Positions 21,674 to 31,076 of a stretch of 64,000 nucleotides of DNA are shown piece by piece (position 1 is the first letter of the stretch; every line of letters begins with the position of its first letter). The position numbers were made by a program, and so were the translations under genes. The notes beneath the pieces were generated by a model, which worked only from the letters and a program-made list of their open reading frames with translations, made no database searches and was not told where the DNA came from. The stretch is taken from sequence record NC_070982.1; one strand, given 5' to 3'. The stretch comes from Escherichia phage vB_EcoP-101114UKE3.

Positions 21674-21697
21674 AAGTCATCCTTAACTTACTTTACA

Positions 21698-21922
21698 TTA
21701 AACTACACAGAATAAATACATTGCTGTTTCAGGGGAAGGTATGTGGTCACTAGGATATCTAACCCTAATCCACTCATCATCTTCTGCTACATAATAAGCC
21801 CAATAAGACCCATTTTCATTAATAAAGAACTTGAAGGTACAACCAAAGATTTGGTTATTGTGTTCCCATACTGCATGAAACTGAGTAACACCTTCTGGTA
21901 TTGTAAGTTCCGCTCTGATCAT
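21698..21922 (-). CDS. hypothetical protein
   Basis: 74-aa ORF coupled to sigma gene. Confidence 0.35.
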   Translation of the reverse strand: MIRAELTIPEGVTQFHAVWEHNNQIFGCTFKFFINENGSYWAYYVAEDDEWIRVRYPSDHIPSPETAMYLFCVV

Positions 21923-22179
21923 TGTATTCCTCTCTCCTTTAGAGCTTTAAGCAAACCGTTGTGGTTAGCGGCACAGGTTGTATAAGTGTCCTGATACCAC
22001 TCGAGTGTTGTTGCAAGTGCTACTCCCTGTCCACTCTGAAGTAAAGGGAGGTCTACATCACATTCAGCTTTTAGGTTTGTTGGTAAGGGCATTAGCTGCC
22101 TGCTGTTGTCGCTCGTTGAACAAGCTGACATACTCATCACTAGCACACACATTGTAAAAAACTGGCTTAGTCTTTTCAT
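21919..22179 (-). CDS. o-spanin candidate (secreted/lipoprotein, Rz1-like)
   Basis: signal peptide ending SMSACS; overlaps 3' end of i-spanin gene in another frame. Confidence 0.55.
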   Translation of the reverse strand: MKRLSQFFTMCVLVMSMSACSTSDNSRQLMPLPTNLKAECDVDLPLLQSGQGVALATTLEWYQDTYTTCAANHNGLLKALKERGIQ

Positions 22180-22411
22180 AATGCATCTCTTTGTAAATAG
22201 TTTCCGTGTTCTTCTTCCAGTTAGATAAACCAGTCAGAACTTTCTGAGCCACTTCATCAGCAGCCTTAGCTCTCTCAACCTCAATCTCTTGCTGTTTCTT
22301 CTCATGGTCAAGAGCATTACTATCACTTCTGTATTGCTCAAACTTGACACCACCAAAGAAAATAATAGCTGTGAAAATAAGAAAGCCTATATTGTTTTGA
22401 AGCTTTTCCAT
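22064..22411 (-). CDS. i-spanin candidate (Rz-like)
   Basis: start MEKLQ at 22411 after terminator hairpin; N-terminal TM IGFLIFTAIIFFGGV then coiled coil. Confidence 0.55.
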   Translation of the reverse strand: MEKLQNNIGFLIFTAIIFFGGVKFEQYRSDSNALDHEKKQQEIEVERAKAADEVAQKVLTGLSNWKKNTETIYKEMHYEKTKPVFYNVCASDEYVSLFNERQQQAANALTNKPKS

Positions 22412-22423
22412 TTTAACTCCAAC

Positions 22424-22446
22424 GAAAAAAGCCACCCGAAGGTGGC
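22424..22446 (-). terminator. intrinsic terminator (TTCG hairpin plus U-run)
   Basis: minus-strand gccacc-ttcg-ggtggc followed by tttttt. Confidence 0.5.
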
Positions 22447-22470
22447 TAAGCTATTACAAGGAGAGATTCA

Positions 22471-23211
22471 TTAGAAAGGGCTGTCATCTTCTTCAAAGGT
22501 AGACTGCGGCTCTTCGTTAATAGTAGGGATACTTGGAGTAGCATCTTTCTGTTCAGTATCAGAAGCTTTAGTAACTTCACGACCAGCCAGAGGGATGTTC
22601 TTAGCATCATTAGCTTGGGTCAGAAGATTACGTTGGAATGGGAAGATTGCTTGATAAGCAGCCAAGTTAGCATCAGTCTCAGCATACGGTTCGAAGAAGA
22701 TCAACTCACTACGAGGGGCACCTACAGCATCACGATATTTGGTAGGGATTGGAGTGATACTCTTAATGGAGTTTTTCTTCTCACCAGCTTTGTTTACATA
22801 GGAATTAACCAGAATGTTAACAGGCTGACCTAGCAGCATATCTTTAAACCAACCCAAATCACCTTTCAGTGCTTGAACACTTGGGTCGATCATTTTAATC
22901 AGATTCAGAATACCAGAGTTCTTAGCTCGTGGGTTTACGTCGAAAGTTTTAAACTGGCAAGCAGGACGAGGGTCCAGAGGTTTGCCTTCATTATCAGTCC
23001 CTGTTGCATCTACGCCAATCAGCTCAAAAGCTAAGTCCATACGGAAAGCTGGGTTCTTAGGGGTAACTGCTTTGGTCTTAGGGTCAATCCAAGGGTCACG
23101 ATTGTGAACACCTAAACCTACAACACGAACAATACGTGCTTCGTACTCACCATCAGGGATTACATCGTAGTTGGATTTACGGGATACAGACAGTTCAGGG
23201 ATCATAGACAT
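22471..23211 (-). CDS. ssDNA-binding protein candidate
   Basis: acidic C-terminal tail ending EEDDSPF, as in SSB and T7 gp2.5. Confidence 0.5.
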   Translation of the reverse strand: MSMIPELSVSRKSNYDVIPDGEYEARIVRVVGLGVHNRDPWIDPKTKAVTPKNPAFRMDLAFELIGVDATGTDNEGKPLDPRPACQFKTFDVNPRAKNSGILNLIKMIDPSVQALKGDLGWFKDMLLGQPVNILVNSYVNKAGEKKNSIKSITPIPTKYRDAVGAPRSELIFFEPYAETDANLAAYQAIFPFQRNLLTQANDAKNIPLAGREVTKASDTEQKDATPSIPTINEEPQSTFEEDDSPF

Positions 23212-23268
23212 ATTAATATTTCCTTATATAAATTTAAGATTGTTGCTCTCTTTGAGCGGTTTGTATAC

Positions 23269-23279
23269 TATATACATTA
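23269..23279 (-). promoter_or_regulatory. promoter-like motif TAATGTATATA (minus)
   Basis: about 60 nt upstream of SSB start. Confidence 0.45.
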
Positions 23280-23341
23280 CACTTATACAGATAAGGTTCT
23301 ATTATACTATAACCTTTTTGGTAGTAGATAATGACAAGTAG

Positions 23342-23352
23342 TAATGTATATA
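23342..23352 (+). promoter_or_regulatory. promoter-like motif TAATGTATATA (plus, divergent)
   Basis: exact motif on plus strand in 410-bp ORF-free region; no downstream plus-strand gene. Confidence 0.35.
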
Positions 23353-23625
23353 TGGTATAGCTAGTAAAGCTATTGCAGGCTTGTATATTGGGCAATCATT
23401 GTAACCCTTGCAAGTACCGAAGGGCAGGAGACACCTGCGAGATAAAATAGAGAATTAAGGAAATCCTTGATTTAGGTTGTAGGGACTCCTAGGGACTTTG
23501 ATTCTCTATTTAAAAGAATATTAATTACTTACTACCTAAATAATTAACTAACTTACTTAAACCAAACTCAAGAATAATAGATAAAAAGATTATTCCTAAG
23601 AAAGCTAAAAAGTAAAGGATATAAG

Positions 23626-24246
23626 TTACCATTCAAGTAAACCTTTAAAGTTAGTTTGTTCTACTATCCTCTGATAAGGTAAGTTAGATTCTGCTTGTTT
23701 GCTTAACACCTCTTGTACTTTATCAGTAATTGAATAATCTTTTTGTAATAAAGAAGCTACCCACTCTTTCCTACTTTCCAGTTCTTTTCTAATCTCTTGC
23801 AGAGACACAGCTCTGTAATCAATTTGTTCCATAGAAGTACAGAAGTATCTCCAATCTCTGATAGTAGAATTATGAGTATGAGCATAGATATTATACTTTC
23901 CTCTCATTTCATCAGAGTGAATAGGAATATGAGTTACCCAAAACTCTTTGTACTTATAATCACCACTGATGTGTCTAAAGACTTTCATCATATCAGGGAG
24001 AAGTTCTAATCTGTCATGGTTTCCTAAGACAAGATGTTTCTCTCCTTTTACTTCAGCGATAATATCAAGTGCATATTTCTCAAACACCCAATCACCTGTA
24101 AAGAAAGTTTTATCACGTTTAGTAACATGGTCAAACGCTGCTAAGATAGCTTTGTCGTGTTCTTCAATACTACTAAACTTCTTCCTAAAGTTACAGATGT
24201 TACGATGGCCTAGGTGACCATCACCTGCAAAATAAACTTCAGCCAT
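23626..24246 (-). CDS. calcineurin-like metallophosphoesterase
   Basis: GDGHLGH ... GNHD motifs. Confidence 0.65.
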   Translation of the reverse strand: MAEVYFAGDGHLGHRNICNFRKKFSSIEEHDKAILAAFDHVTKRDKTFFTGDWVFEKYALDIIAEVKGEKHLVLGNHDRLELLPDMMKVFRHISGDYKYKEFWVTHIPIHSDEMRGKYNIYAHTHNSTIRDWRYFCTSMEQIDYRAVSLQEIRKELESRKEWVASLLQKDYSITDKVQEVLSKQAESNLPYQRIVEQTNFKGLLEW

Positions 24247-24457
24247 TCTCGTATGTGTCCTCGTAATATGAGTAGTTGAAGGATTCAGCTTTCGTTTCAG
24301 CCTCCTCCCTATCGTCTGTTTCTAAAATAACTCTCCAGCCAAAACCCTCAGGATACTCAGCCCCTTCGTCTAGCCAGACTTTATATCGTTTAGATAGTGC
24401 AACCATCGCAGATGTAATCTCCACTGAGTGACTCTTGTAGGAGGCGAGATTGTTCAT
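24239..24457 (-). CDS. small hypothetical protein (paralog of 24974..25153)
   Basis: shared KRYKVWLDEG...GWRVILETDD pattern; start uncertain. Confidence 0.35.
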   Translation of the reverse strand: MNNLASYKSHSVEITSAMVALSKRYKVWLDEGAEYPEGFGWRVILETDDREEAETKAESFNYSYYEDTYENG

Positions 24458-24593
24458 CTGACACCAGTTTGTCAACCTCCTCTTTCAGAGCCATAAGGTC
24501 AACAAAGGTTAGTAGCTCATGCCGGTCAGCAATTATTTGGTATTTGTAATCACTGATGTGCCCTACGGTTTGTGCGACGTAAATATTAGACAT
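24390..24593 (-). CDS. small hypothetical protein
   Basis: 67-aa ORF. Confidence 0.35.
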   Translation of the reverse strand: MSNIYVAQTVGHISDYKYQIIADRHELLTFVDLMALKEEVDKLVSDEQSRLLQESLSGDYICDGCTI

Positions 24594-24817
24594 TATAAGA
24601 TCTCCCTTTGTTTAGCGTTAATGACTGACATTGCTGTGATTGGATTATTTGTTCCGAGATACTCTAGAACAGGTGGACTGCTAACTGGTTTATCAGCCTC
24701 CACATAATTCTTAACCTTGCCACCAAGAACCGCTAGAGAAGCCTGAGCTTCCGCTTCATCATAGTGAATTCGGTCAACTGTTTTCTTTCCAATCCTATAA
24801 GTGTGAACGTAAATCAT
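24593..24817 (-). CDS. small hypothetical protein
   Basis: 74-aa ORF with coupled start/stop. Confidence 0.35.
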   Translation of the reverse strand: MIYVHTYRIGKKTVDRIHYDEAEAQASLAVLGGKVKNYVEADKPVSSPPVLEYLGTNNPITAMSVINAKQREIL

Positions 24818-25020
24818 TTAACTTCCTCAATATCAACTAATTCAAAACTTCCTATTTCTTCAAGCTTAATAATCTCTTTAACTTTCTCAACAGCTTTAAT
24901 AGGGTTTTCTTCTTCTACAACTTTACACCCTGATACTTCAAGACTGCCTGTTCCACGAAGGTATAAATTCAACTTATAAACTACTTTGTAGTATCTCATC
25001 GTGCTCCCAATTTCTTTCAT
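24814..25020 (-). CDS. small hypothetical protein
   Basis: 68-aa ORF. Confidence 0.35.
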   Translation of the reverse strand: MKEIGSTMRYYKVVYKLNLYLRGTGSLEVSGCKVVEEENPIKAVEKVKEIIKLEEIGSFELVDIEEVK

Positions 25021-25153
25021 AATATCCAGAGTTGTAGTTTAGGGCGCATTTCTCGGCCTCTTCTATGTCGTCTGTGTTTAGGATATTAACCCAACCACCA
25101 ACTTCATCAAAACCCTCTTCTACCTCATTGAACCACACGCTGTATTTCTTCAT
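24974..25153 (-). CDS. small hypothetical protein (paralog of 24239..24457)
   Basis: start MKKYSVW at 25153 overlaps upstream stop (ATGA). Confidence 0.4.
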   Translation of the reverse strand: MKKYSVWFNEVEEGFDEVGGWVNILNTDDIEEAEKCALNYNSGYYERNWEHDEILQSSL

Positions 25154-25329
25154 CTTGATAAGACCCTTCCCCAATCCTTGATGTAACATCGACCATCAAC
25201 CCACTTGGTCTCTGATTTAAACTTTTGAGAGATTCTTGTTTCACAGTCTTCTTTACTGTAATCACCAAGAGCATCCATCACCCAAAGAAACAGAGCAATT
25301 ACAATAGACCAGATTAGAAACTTCTTCAT
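25150..25329 (-). CDS. small membrane protein (59 aa), not in ORF track
   Basis: MKKFLIWSIVIALFLWV...; ATGA overlaps with both neighbours. Confidence 0.35.
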   Translation of the reverse strand: MKKFLIWSIVIALFLWVMDALGDYSKEDCETRISQKFKSETKWVDGRCYIKDWGRVLSR

Positions 25330-25718
25330 CGTATCACCAGAGGCTCTTCAGAGTACACAGGAGAGGTTATTTCTACCGGAGGTGCTGCTCTAAGGTCATT
25401 AAGCCTTACGCCCTTCAGCATACCATCTAGGTGGTCCATTTTAGGGATACCTACAGGGAAGTCATCAATCCAAACATCCACAAAGAAACCCAAGCTCTGA
25501 GTGACGGAATCCTTCTGAACACCATTGCAAAAGATAACAGGAATATCTAGACTTGCTGCATCTGCTAGAAGCTCCTCATTTGAATACCCATTAGGTTGAG
25601 CAAAACGATAGGTGACAATACGTACATCATGTCCACGAGATTTCATAAGACCTACAATGTGGGTCCACATCTCTTTGTCCACTGTAAAAGTGTCATCATA
25701 ATCTAAACCAATATTCAT
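25326..25718 (-). CDS. HAD-superfamily phosphatase (5'-nucleotidase-like)
   Basis: N-terminal DYDDT (DxDxT) motif. Confidence 0.5.
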   Translation of the reverse strand: MNIGLDYDDTFTVDKEMWTHIVGLMKSRGHDVRIVTYRFAQPNGYSNEELLADAASLDIPVIFCNGVQKDSVTQSLGFFVDVWIDDFPVGIPKMDHLDGMLKGVRLNDLRAAPPVEITSPVYSEEPLVIR

Positions 25719-25734
25719 ATTAGCCTCTTAGACA

Positions 25735-25756
25735 AGAAAAGCCACCCGAAGGTAGC
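25735..25756 (-). terminator. intrinsic terminator (TTCG hairpin plus U-run)
   Basis: minus-strand gcuacc-uucg-gguggc with G-U pair only on this strand, then uuuucuug. Confidence 0.45.
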
Positions 25757-26002
25757 TTATTTATTCTGTGTTTCCAGTTCGCTGATACGAACTTTCAAAC
25801 CGTTAATCTCAGCCTGAGCAGCTTCTAGTTTAATTAGAGCTTCTTCAGCGTCAGCTTCTGTTTGAAGAACCGCAGTGGTTAGTTCGTATAAAGCTTGGCG
25901 GAGAGAATCTTTTCCCATAGCATGAATCTGTGCAACAAAGAATTGCTTACCTTCCGTGGTTTCCAAAGTCTCTTTTAATTCTTTAGATGTTAAAGTCATC
26001 AT
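25757..26002 (-). CDS. hypothetical coiled-coil protein
   Basis: 81-aa helical ORF. Confidence 0.4.
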   Translation of the reverse strand: MMTLTSKELKETLETTEGKQFFVAQIHAMGKDSLRQALYELTTAVLQTEADAEEALIKLEAAQAEINGLKVRISELETQNK

Positions 26003-26381
26003 TACTCCCTTTCATAAATTTTAAGAACTGTACCGCCATCTGCTTCAATCTGAGCAACTACTTCATCGCGCTCTTCATCAGAATAAACCAGTTGGTTGTG
26101 AAATTTGCCTGTACTATCTTGGAAATACACATTCCATTTTGGAGCAGGTTTACGAATCAAATCCATCATTGATCTTTCTCCTCTCGTTCAACCCATGTAT
26201 GGAAAAGCTCCCCATACACTTTGGCATCATCAAAACGTCCTTCTTCCTGTGCGAGTTTTTGTTGCTTCAAGCACCATTCAGAACTTTTTACTTCTTCCAC
26301 TTCCTTGTCTCCTTAAAAAGAACTAATCAATAAGACTAGTTCATTTCATAATACGATTCAGCTCTTCCACTGAACTAATCA

Positions 26382-26693
26382 CTACTTCTCCACCACAAAG
26401 AGGTTAACTTCAATGAAAGTTTCGTATTGTGTTGACTCCTGCTTACGGGTGTAGTAGAAATGACGACCTTCTAATGCACCTCCGTACTGAGTGGCACATC
26501 TTTTAACCATCTCTTTTATCACATCTACAACTGATTCGCCTTTCCACGGACGTAACCCCTGAGTTGGGACTTTTGCTGTACAGGTTACTTGTGTGTAACC
26601 TACATCTTGTAGAGATATCTCAAGAATCAGCTTTGCCCAAGCATCAAAATTAAGCTTGGGGTTATATTTAACTTCAGTTTTGATATCAATCAT
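26382..26693 (-). CDS. hypothetical protein
   Basis: 103-aa ORF coupled downstream of DNA polymerase. Confidence 0.4.
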   Translation of the reverse strand: MIDIKTEVKYNPKLNFDAWAKLILEISLQDVGYTQVTCTAKVPTQGLRPWKGESVVDVIKEMVKRCATQYGGALEGRHFYYTRKQESTQYETFIEVNLFVVEK

Positions 26694-28537
26694 TAGTGAG
26701 TATGATTCCAGTTTAATCCAATCTTACAATCTGATGCAAGAGGACATTCCATCTTGAGGTATTCCCCTGCTTTACGAACACATTCTTCAGTGAGGGTACG
26801 AAGTTTGTTAACATCATCACGATGTACAGTGAACTGTCCTTCATCATGCATGTCAATAACCTTCGCACAACGAACACCATCCCGCTCAATCCATTTATTG
26901 AGGAATAGCATTGCATACTTCATAACAATCGCCCCAGCGCTCTGTAAGAGTGTATTTAAGGCTTTATGGACCATAACCTTTCCAGTTGCATCTCTTCTCA
27001 TTGTAATACGACGTCCATCCACACCGTAGATATATCCACTTTGCGCTTTCTCTGTCATACGTTCAATAAGGATTGCAATACAAGGGTTCTCTGCTAAGAA
27101 TCTTGCTCTCATGATAGCCCCTTCGTCAGAGCCACCACCTACAATACTTCCTAACTTAGCGTCACCTGCCCCATAGTTAAAGGCATAGATAAACGTTTTA
27201 GCATTATCACGAGTAGGAAGGCCAGCAAGTTTTTGGTTATGTGAGTGAATATCTCCTTCTAAAAGAATATCTCTATACATAACAGCAGAAGCTAGACCAC
27301 GTTCAGCTTCTCGTTTCTTAGCCGGGTTGTTTTCTCGCTCTGCTTCAGCGAGCATCTCACGACATTCTTTAATAAGGTAGTGAGCTAGCATCCTCAGCTC
27401 AAGACCAGAGCCATCGTAACCTAAGAAGATTTCACGACCAGCAGGAACATAGAACTTATAGGCACCTACGGGTTTGTCTTTCTTGCCCGGTTTTCCCACT
27501 TCGTAGATAATGTTAGTACCCTTTCGTACGTAACACCCATCAGGGATATGGTTGGTAATGATGAAAGGATGGTTATGACTATCGTCTGAGGAATAGTCAG
27601 ATTGAAAAAGACTGCGGCACTCGTGACCAAACAAACCGCGAGAAGGAATATTAACAACAATGCGATGTTTAAAACGAAATGTCGGAGTAGCGCAGCTATT
27701 AGCTTCGGCGGACAACTTACCATCTTTACGTTCCTTGTCGATAAGCCCGCTAATCAAACCTAGCCTGTGAGCCGCTACAACGCGTCTCTTAAGCAAACTT
27801 CCTACACCCCCTAGCTCACCCCCAAGCCCCTCTTCAAGAGTCTCCTCAAGGTTTGTAGGGGCTGTGGGCCACTTGTTTGATGTAGCCAAAGCTTTTTTGA
27901 TTTCATCAAAGGTTACAGGTTTCTTCCTATTCGGATTAAGACCTAAACCACTGACGTAGGCTTTCATGTAGTTGACAGTGTGATAACGGAAATGTTTATC
28001 CAAAAATCTTCGGATATCAGCATCTATCATCTCCGCTGTCTGTTTCTCTTTAGCATTACCTCGAATCCAAGCAGAATACCATGCAGAGTATGTACCATAC
28101 TTCTTCATAGCTCTACGGATTTCAAATGTATTCCAAGGTTTCTTAGAATAATTCCACTCTGGAGGTATGAAGCCCTCATCCATCAAGGCTTCTTTAATAC
28201 GTGCATCTTTCGATGGGTCGAAGTCTACATACTCAACGCAAGTAAACGCCCCACCGATATCTTCTCTTTTAAGACCAACCCTATCGCAATAGAGCTGAGG
28301 CCACTTCTGTAAAGCACCTGATTTCTTAAAAGGCTTAGCATAAGTTGAACCATCCACCCGCATTTTAGGGAGGAGAGGAATCAGTTCTTTATCAATATTG
28401 ACAATAATCTCTTTGAGAAGGTGAACAAACCACCGAGCGTTTCTTCTGTTGAAGTTGACTCCATGCTTCGCTTGTTTTGAGATTATATCAGCGACTGTCA
28501 TCTCCGTTATGAAAGGTAACTTATCAGGGTTATCCAT
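26693..28537 (-). CDS. DNA polymerase, family A (polymerase domain only)
   Basis: motif A FLGYDGSGLELRMLAHY, motif B RDNAKTFIYAFNYGAG, motif C VHDE; ATG 28537 with AAGGAG SD (track start 28540 is GTG). Confidence 0.85.
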   Translation of the reverse strand: MDNPDKLPFITEMTVADIISKQAKHGVNFNRRNARWFVHLLKEIIVNIDKELIPLLPKMRVDGSTYAKPFKKSGALQKWPQLYCDRVGLKREDIGGAFTCVEYVDFDPSKDARIKEALMDEGFIPPEWNYSKKPWNTFEIRRAMKKYGTYSAWYSAWIRGNAKEKQTAEMIDADIRRFLDKHFRYHTVNYMKAYVSGLGLNPNRKKPVTFDEIKKALATSNKWPTAPTNLEETLEEGLGGELGGVGSLLKRRVVAAHRLGLISGLIDKERKDGKLSAEANSCATPTFRFKHRIVVNIPSRGLFGHECRSLFQSDYSSDDSHNHPFIITNHIPDGCYVRKGTNIIYEVGKPGKKDKPVGAYKFYVPAGREIFLGYDGSGLELRMLAHYLIKECREMLAEAERENNPAKKREAERGLASAVMYRDILLEGDIHSHNQKLAGLPTRDNAKTFIYAFNYGAGDAKLGSIVGGGSDEGAIMRARFLAENPCIAILIERMTEKAQSGYIYGVDGRRITMRRDATGKVMVHKALNTLLQSAGAIVMKYAMLFLNKWIERDGVRCAKVIDMHDEGQFTVHRDDVNKLRTLTEECVRKAGEYLKMECPLASDCKIGLNWNHTH

Positions 28538-28553
28538 CACCCACTCCTTATAG

Positions 28554-28907
28554 TTATTGGTATATTAAGTCTGTGAATGCTTGGTTGTCTTCAACAATAT
28601 CTAAAGCTTCATATGAATCAGACAATTCATCCACATAAAAGACTGCTGGAATATCTTCTGCTCGCTGTCTACGAGATTCCCTTTGTTCATTGATATTTCT
28701 TTGAACCTGTGCAAGTTTCATACCCCACACCTGCTCATACAACTCTGGATATTTGTCACTAACCACTACATAATTTCGAGCTGGTTGGTTTCTATTAATC
28801 TTCGCTGTCAACTCAATAAACTGGCGAAACTCTTGAATAGAGAGGTTGTCATGAATATTATCCCATTTGAGAACGCAGTGACGTTCTAGGCATTGAGGTA
28901 CTGGCAT
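28554..28907 (-). CDS. hypothetical protein
   Basis: 117-aa ORF. Confidence 0.4.
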   Translation of the reverse strand: MPVPQCLERHCVLKWDNIHDNLSIQEFRQFIELTAKINRNQPARNYVVVSDKYPELYEQVWGMKLAQVQRNINEQRESRRQRAEDIPAVFYVDELSDSYEALDIVEDNQAFTDLIYQ

Positions 28908-28910
28908 AAC

Positions 28911-29180
28911 TTACTCCACTGTCGGGAATGGTTTTAGGTTGTTCATGGCTGTACGAACATCAGCACAGATTTCAGGATCACGATAAGAGAGGAATTTACC
29001 ATCCTTACCACGAATCATTACATTAGTCCGTGATGTTTTATTAGGCAATAAAGAAATCCCTCCAATAAGATGGTTGGTAGGGTGTTGTCCTTGATTAACC
29101 TTGTAGTCATGAGTCTGAGCGTCACCATTAAAGAGATGATCACGAATTTGGATTAAGCTAATCTTCATATTATGCACCAA
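28911..29180 (-). CDS. small protein, tandem paralog
   Basis: shares TxRTNVxxRGxDGKFxSxRD...NLKPFP with next gene. Confidence 0.4.
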   Translation of the reverse strand: MVHNMKISLIQIRDHLFNGDAQTHDYKVNQGQHPTNHLIGGISLLPNKTSRTNVMIRGKDGKFLSYRDPEICADVRTAMNNLKPFPTVE

Positions 29181-29421
29181 AGTTAGGGAAAGGTTTCAGA
29201 TTTTCAATAGACTTAGCAATACGCTTAGGAACAGCCTTATCACGGAAGGAGATGAACTTTCCATCAGGACCACGAAGGGCTACATTAGTACGAGCTGTTG
29301 TTTTGTTAAACTGAATCATCTCAACAGAGCTTGTAACATTTTCTACAGGAAAAGTATAGCTCTCAGTTGTGTTCAGAGAAGGGAGGAAATCAGTTACAGT
29401 GATGTAAGTTACTTTAGACAT
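29170..29421 (-). CDS. small protein, tandem paralog
   Basis: start MSKVTYI at 29421 after terminator hairpin. Confidence 0.4.
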   Translation of the reverse strand: MSKVTYITVTDFLPSLNTTESYTFPVENVTSSVEMIQFNKTTARTNVALRGPDGKFISFRDKAVPKRIAKSIENLKPFPNFGA

Positions 29422-29442
29422 ATTTATTACCTTAGGTTCTAT

Positions 29443-29472
29443 AAAAGAAAAGGCCACCCGAAATGGGTAGCC
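29443..29472 (-). terminator. intrinsic terminator
   Basis: minus-strand ggcuaccc-auuuc-ggguggcc (G-U on this strand) then uuuucuuuu. Confidence 0.5.
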
Positions 29473-29477
29473 TTATA

Positions 29478-29792
29478 TCAACTTGAGCTTAAAGCTCCTT
29501 TGCGACCGCCTGCTGATTTTCCAGCACGATCTCCACTTTTGCCGCCGTTCGAGCGATTTCGAGAGACTGATTCAACACGTAAGTTACTTGACGCATTAGA
29601 ACCTCCCGACTTGATTGATCGTTTGTGTCCAACATCTTTACCTCGGACAGCAGCTTTTCCATCGCGCTTTTCAACGATGCGACGTGCACGGTGGCGCTGA
29701 GCATCTCCGCTCTTGCTACCAACGCCGGTCTCACCCCTTGCGATTGCAGTTCTTCGTTCTTGTGCATAATCACGTTTCGCCTTATCGGTCAT
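29478..29792 (-). CDS. basic low-complexity protein
   Basis: strong AAGGAG SD before MTDKAK; K/R/G/S-rich; overlapping alternative frame 29489..29773 has weak start context. Confidence 0.3.
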   Translation of the reverse strand: MTDKAKRDYAQERRTAIARGETGVGSKSGDAQRHRARRIVEKRDGKAAVRGKDVGHKRSIKSGGSNASSNLRVESVSRNRSNGGKSGDRAGKSAGGRKGALSSS

Positions 29793-29826
29793 CATAACTC
29801 CTTAATATATCAGTGTACACTAAGGA

Positions 29827-29836
29827 GTATACATTA
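29827..29836 (-). promoter_or_regulatory. promoter-like motif TAATGTATAC
   Basis: variant of TAATGTATATA about 35 nt upstream of start at 29792. Confidence 0.35.
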
Positions 29837-29839
29837 TGT

Positions 29840-30577
29840 TTATGATTTTTCAGATTCCATTGCTTTAACAATAGCTTTACAGAAACCTGAACGAACAATA
29901 TCATCCGATTCGCCATCTACTAGAGCGGCAAATTCAAATAACTGGTGACGGTAGATGAAATCAGTAGCCCAATCAAGACCGCTCTCACCACGCATGTCGT
30001 GCTGGTTAGTGTCCCCCATGCAGAACATCTGAGAGGTTTCACCAAGACGTGTCATGATTGAATATGCTTCATCAGGAGTAGTGTTCTGGAACTCATCAAC
30101 AATCACGATAGCATCGTTGAACGAGCGACCACGTAGATATTCCAGAGGTACGAACTCAATATTACCATTACCTACTTGACATTCGTAGAAACCTTTACCG
30201 TAGCGCTGAGTAATAACATCAACGATTGGCATTAGGTATGGTTCAAACTTCTCACGAAGCCCACCGGGAAGTAATCCAAGACTATTACCCATACCAACAG
30301 CAGGTCGGCTTAGGATAATCTTCTCAATCTTCCCACTCTTCAGAGCATCAATCACTGTAGAAGTGATTACGAAGGTCTTACCACAACCAGCAGGAGCATC
30401 TGTGAATACAACCTGTTTGGTTTTAATTGCATCAAGCAGCTCACTCTGGAATTGGTTCTGAGGTACTACCGGCTTAGCAAGAACTACTTCTTCAAATTCC
30501 CGCTTTCCTTTCTTGGTGACGAGAGCTTCACGACGTAATTCTCTCCGTGATGCTTTCCGAGATTCTCTACGACTCAT
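29840..30577 (-). CDS. phoH: PhoH-like ATPase
   Basis: Walker A APAGCGKT and PhoH-like core. Confidence 0.8.
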   Translation of the reverse strand: MSRRESRKASRRELRREALVTKKGKREFEEVVLAKPVVPQNQFQSELLDAIKTKQVVFTDAPAGCGKTFVITSTVIDALKSGKIEKIILSRPAVGMGNSLGLLPGGLREKFEPYLMPIVDVITQRYGKGFYECQVGNGNIEFVPLEYLRGRSFNDAIVIVDEFQNTTPDEAYSIMTRLGETSQMFCMGDTNQHDMRGESGLDWATDFIYRHQLFEFAALVDGESDDIVRSGFCKAIVKAMESEKS

Positions 30578-30755
30578 TTCCTACCTCCGTGTTCTTCATA
30601 TAAGAAGCTACAGGATTTACACTCTGAGCAATGGATACCTATAACCTTAATTTCGACAAACTTCTTATTCTTCCCTTTAGTCGGGGAGCCTTTGGCAAGC
30701 TCCCGTATTACTTTCGAGTCCAAATGGAGAAGAGTTGATTCACATTTAAAACATT

Positions 30756-31076
30756 TCAGATTGATTTGTCCTTATGTAAACGGTATACTTCAGTAGCCAT
30801 ACAAGCTATACGCTCGTCATGTGGGAGATGCATACCAGTAGAGCCGTTCCATCCTTCGAACTCTGAATCAAAGAATCCAATAGGCTCGGGATACATCTCT
30901 TGCAAGGTGGTTAAGTCATCAGCCACTTGTTGCCACTTATCGTCAGACCAGATTGGGTCATCCAACCAATAATACAAATAGGAGTGGATAAGCATCTGTG
31001 TTCTATGTCGTTTAATCACTTCAGCAGGACTGATTTCATTTCCGTTACCAGTCCTAAATGTATTATTGTTGATCAT
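30756..31076 (-). CDS. NAD-dependent DNA ligase domain-Ia-like small protein
   Basis: HSYLYYWLDDPIWSDDKWQQVADDLTTLQEMYPE matches LigA N-terminal H-x-YLY-x-D-P-x-I-D-EYD-L-LE-HPE pattern; no adenylation domain. Confidence 0.45.
   Translation of the reverse strand: MINNNTFRTGNGNEISPAEVIKRHRTQMLIHSYLYYWLDDPIWSDDKWQQVADDLTTLQEMYPEPIGFFDSEFEGWNGSTGMHLPHDERIACMATEVYRLHKDKSI

Noticed and set aside
29489-29773. Alternative 94-aa helical ORF overlapping the basic protein gene 29478..29792
   Set aside because: Weak start context compared with the AAGGAG-preceded ATG of the other frame; which frame is expressed remains uncertain.
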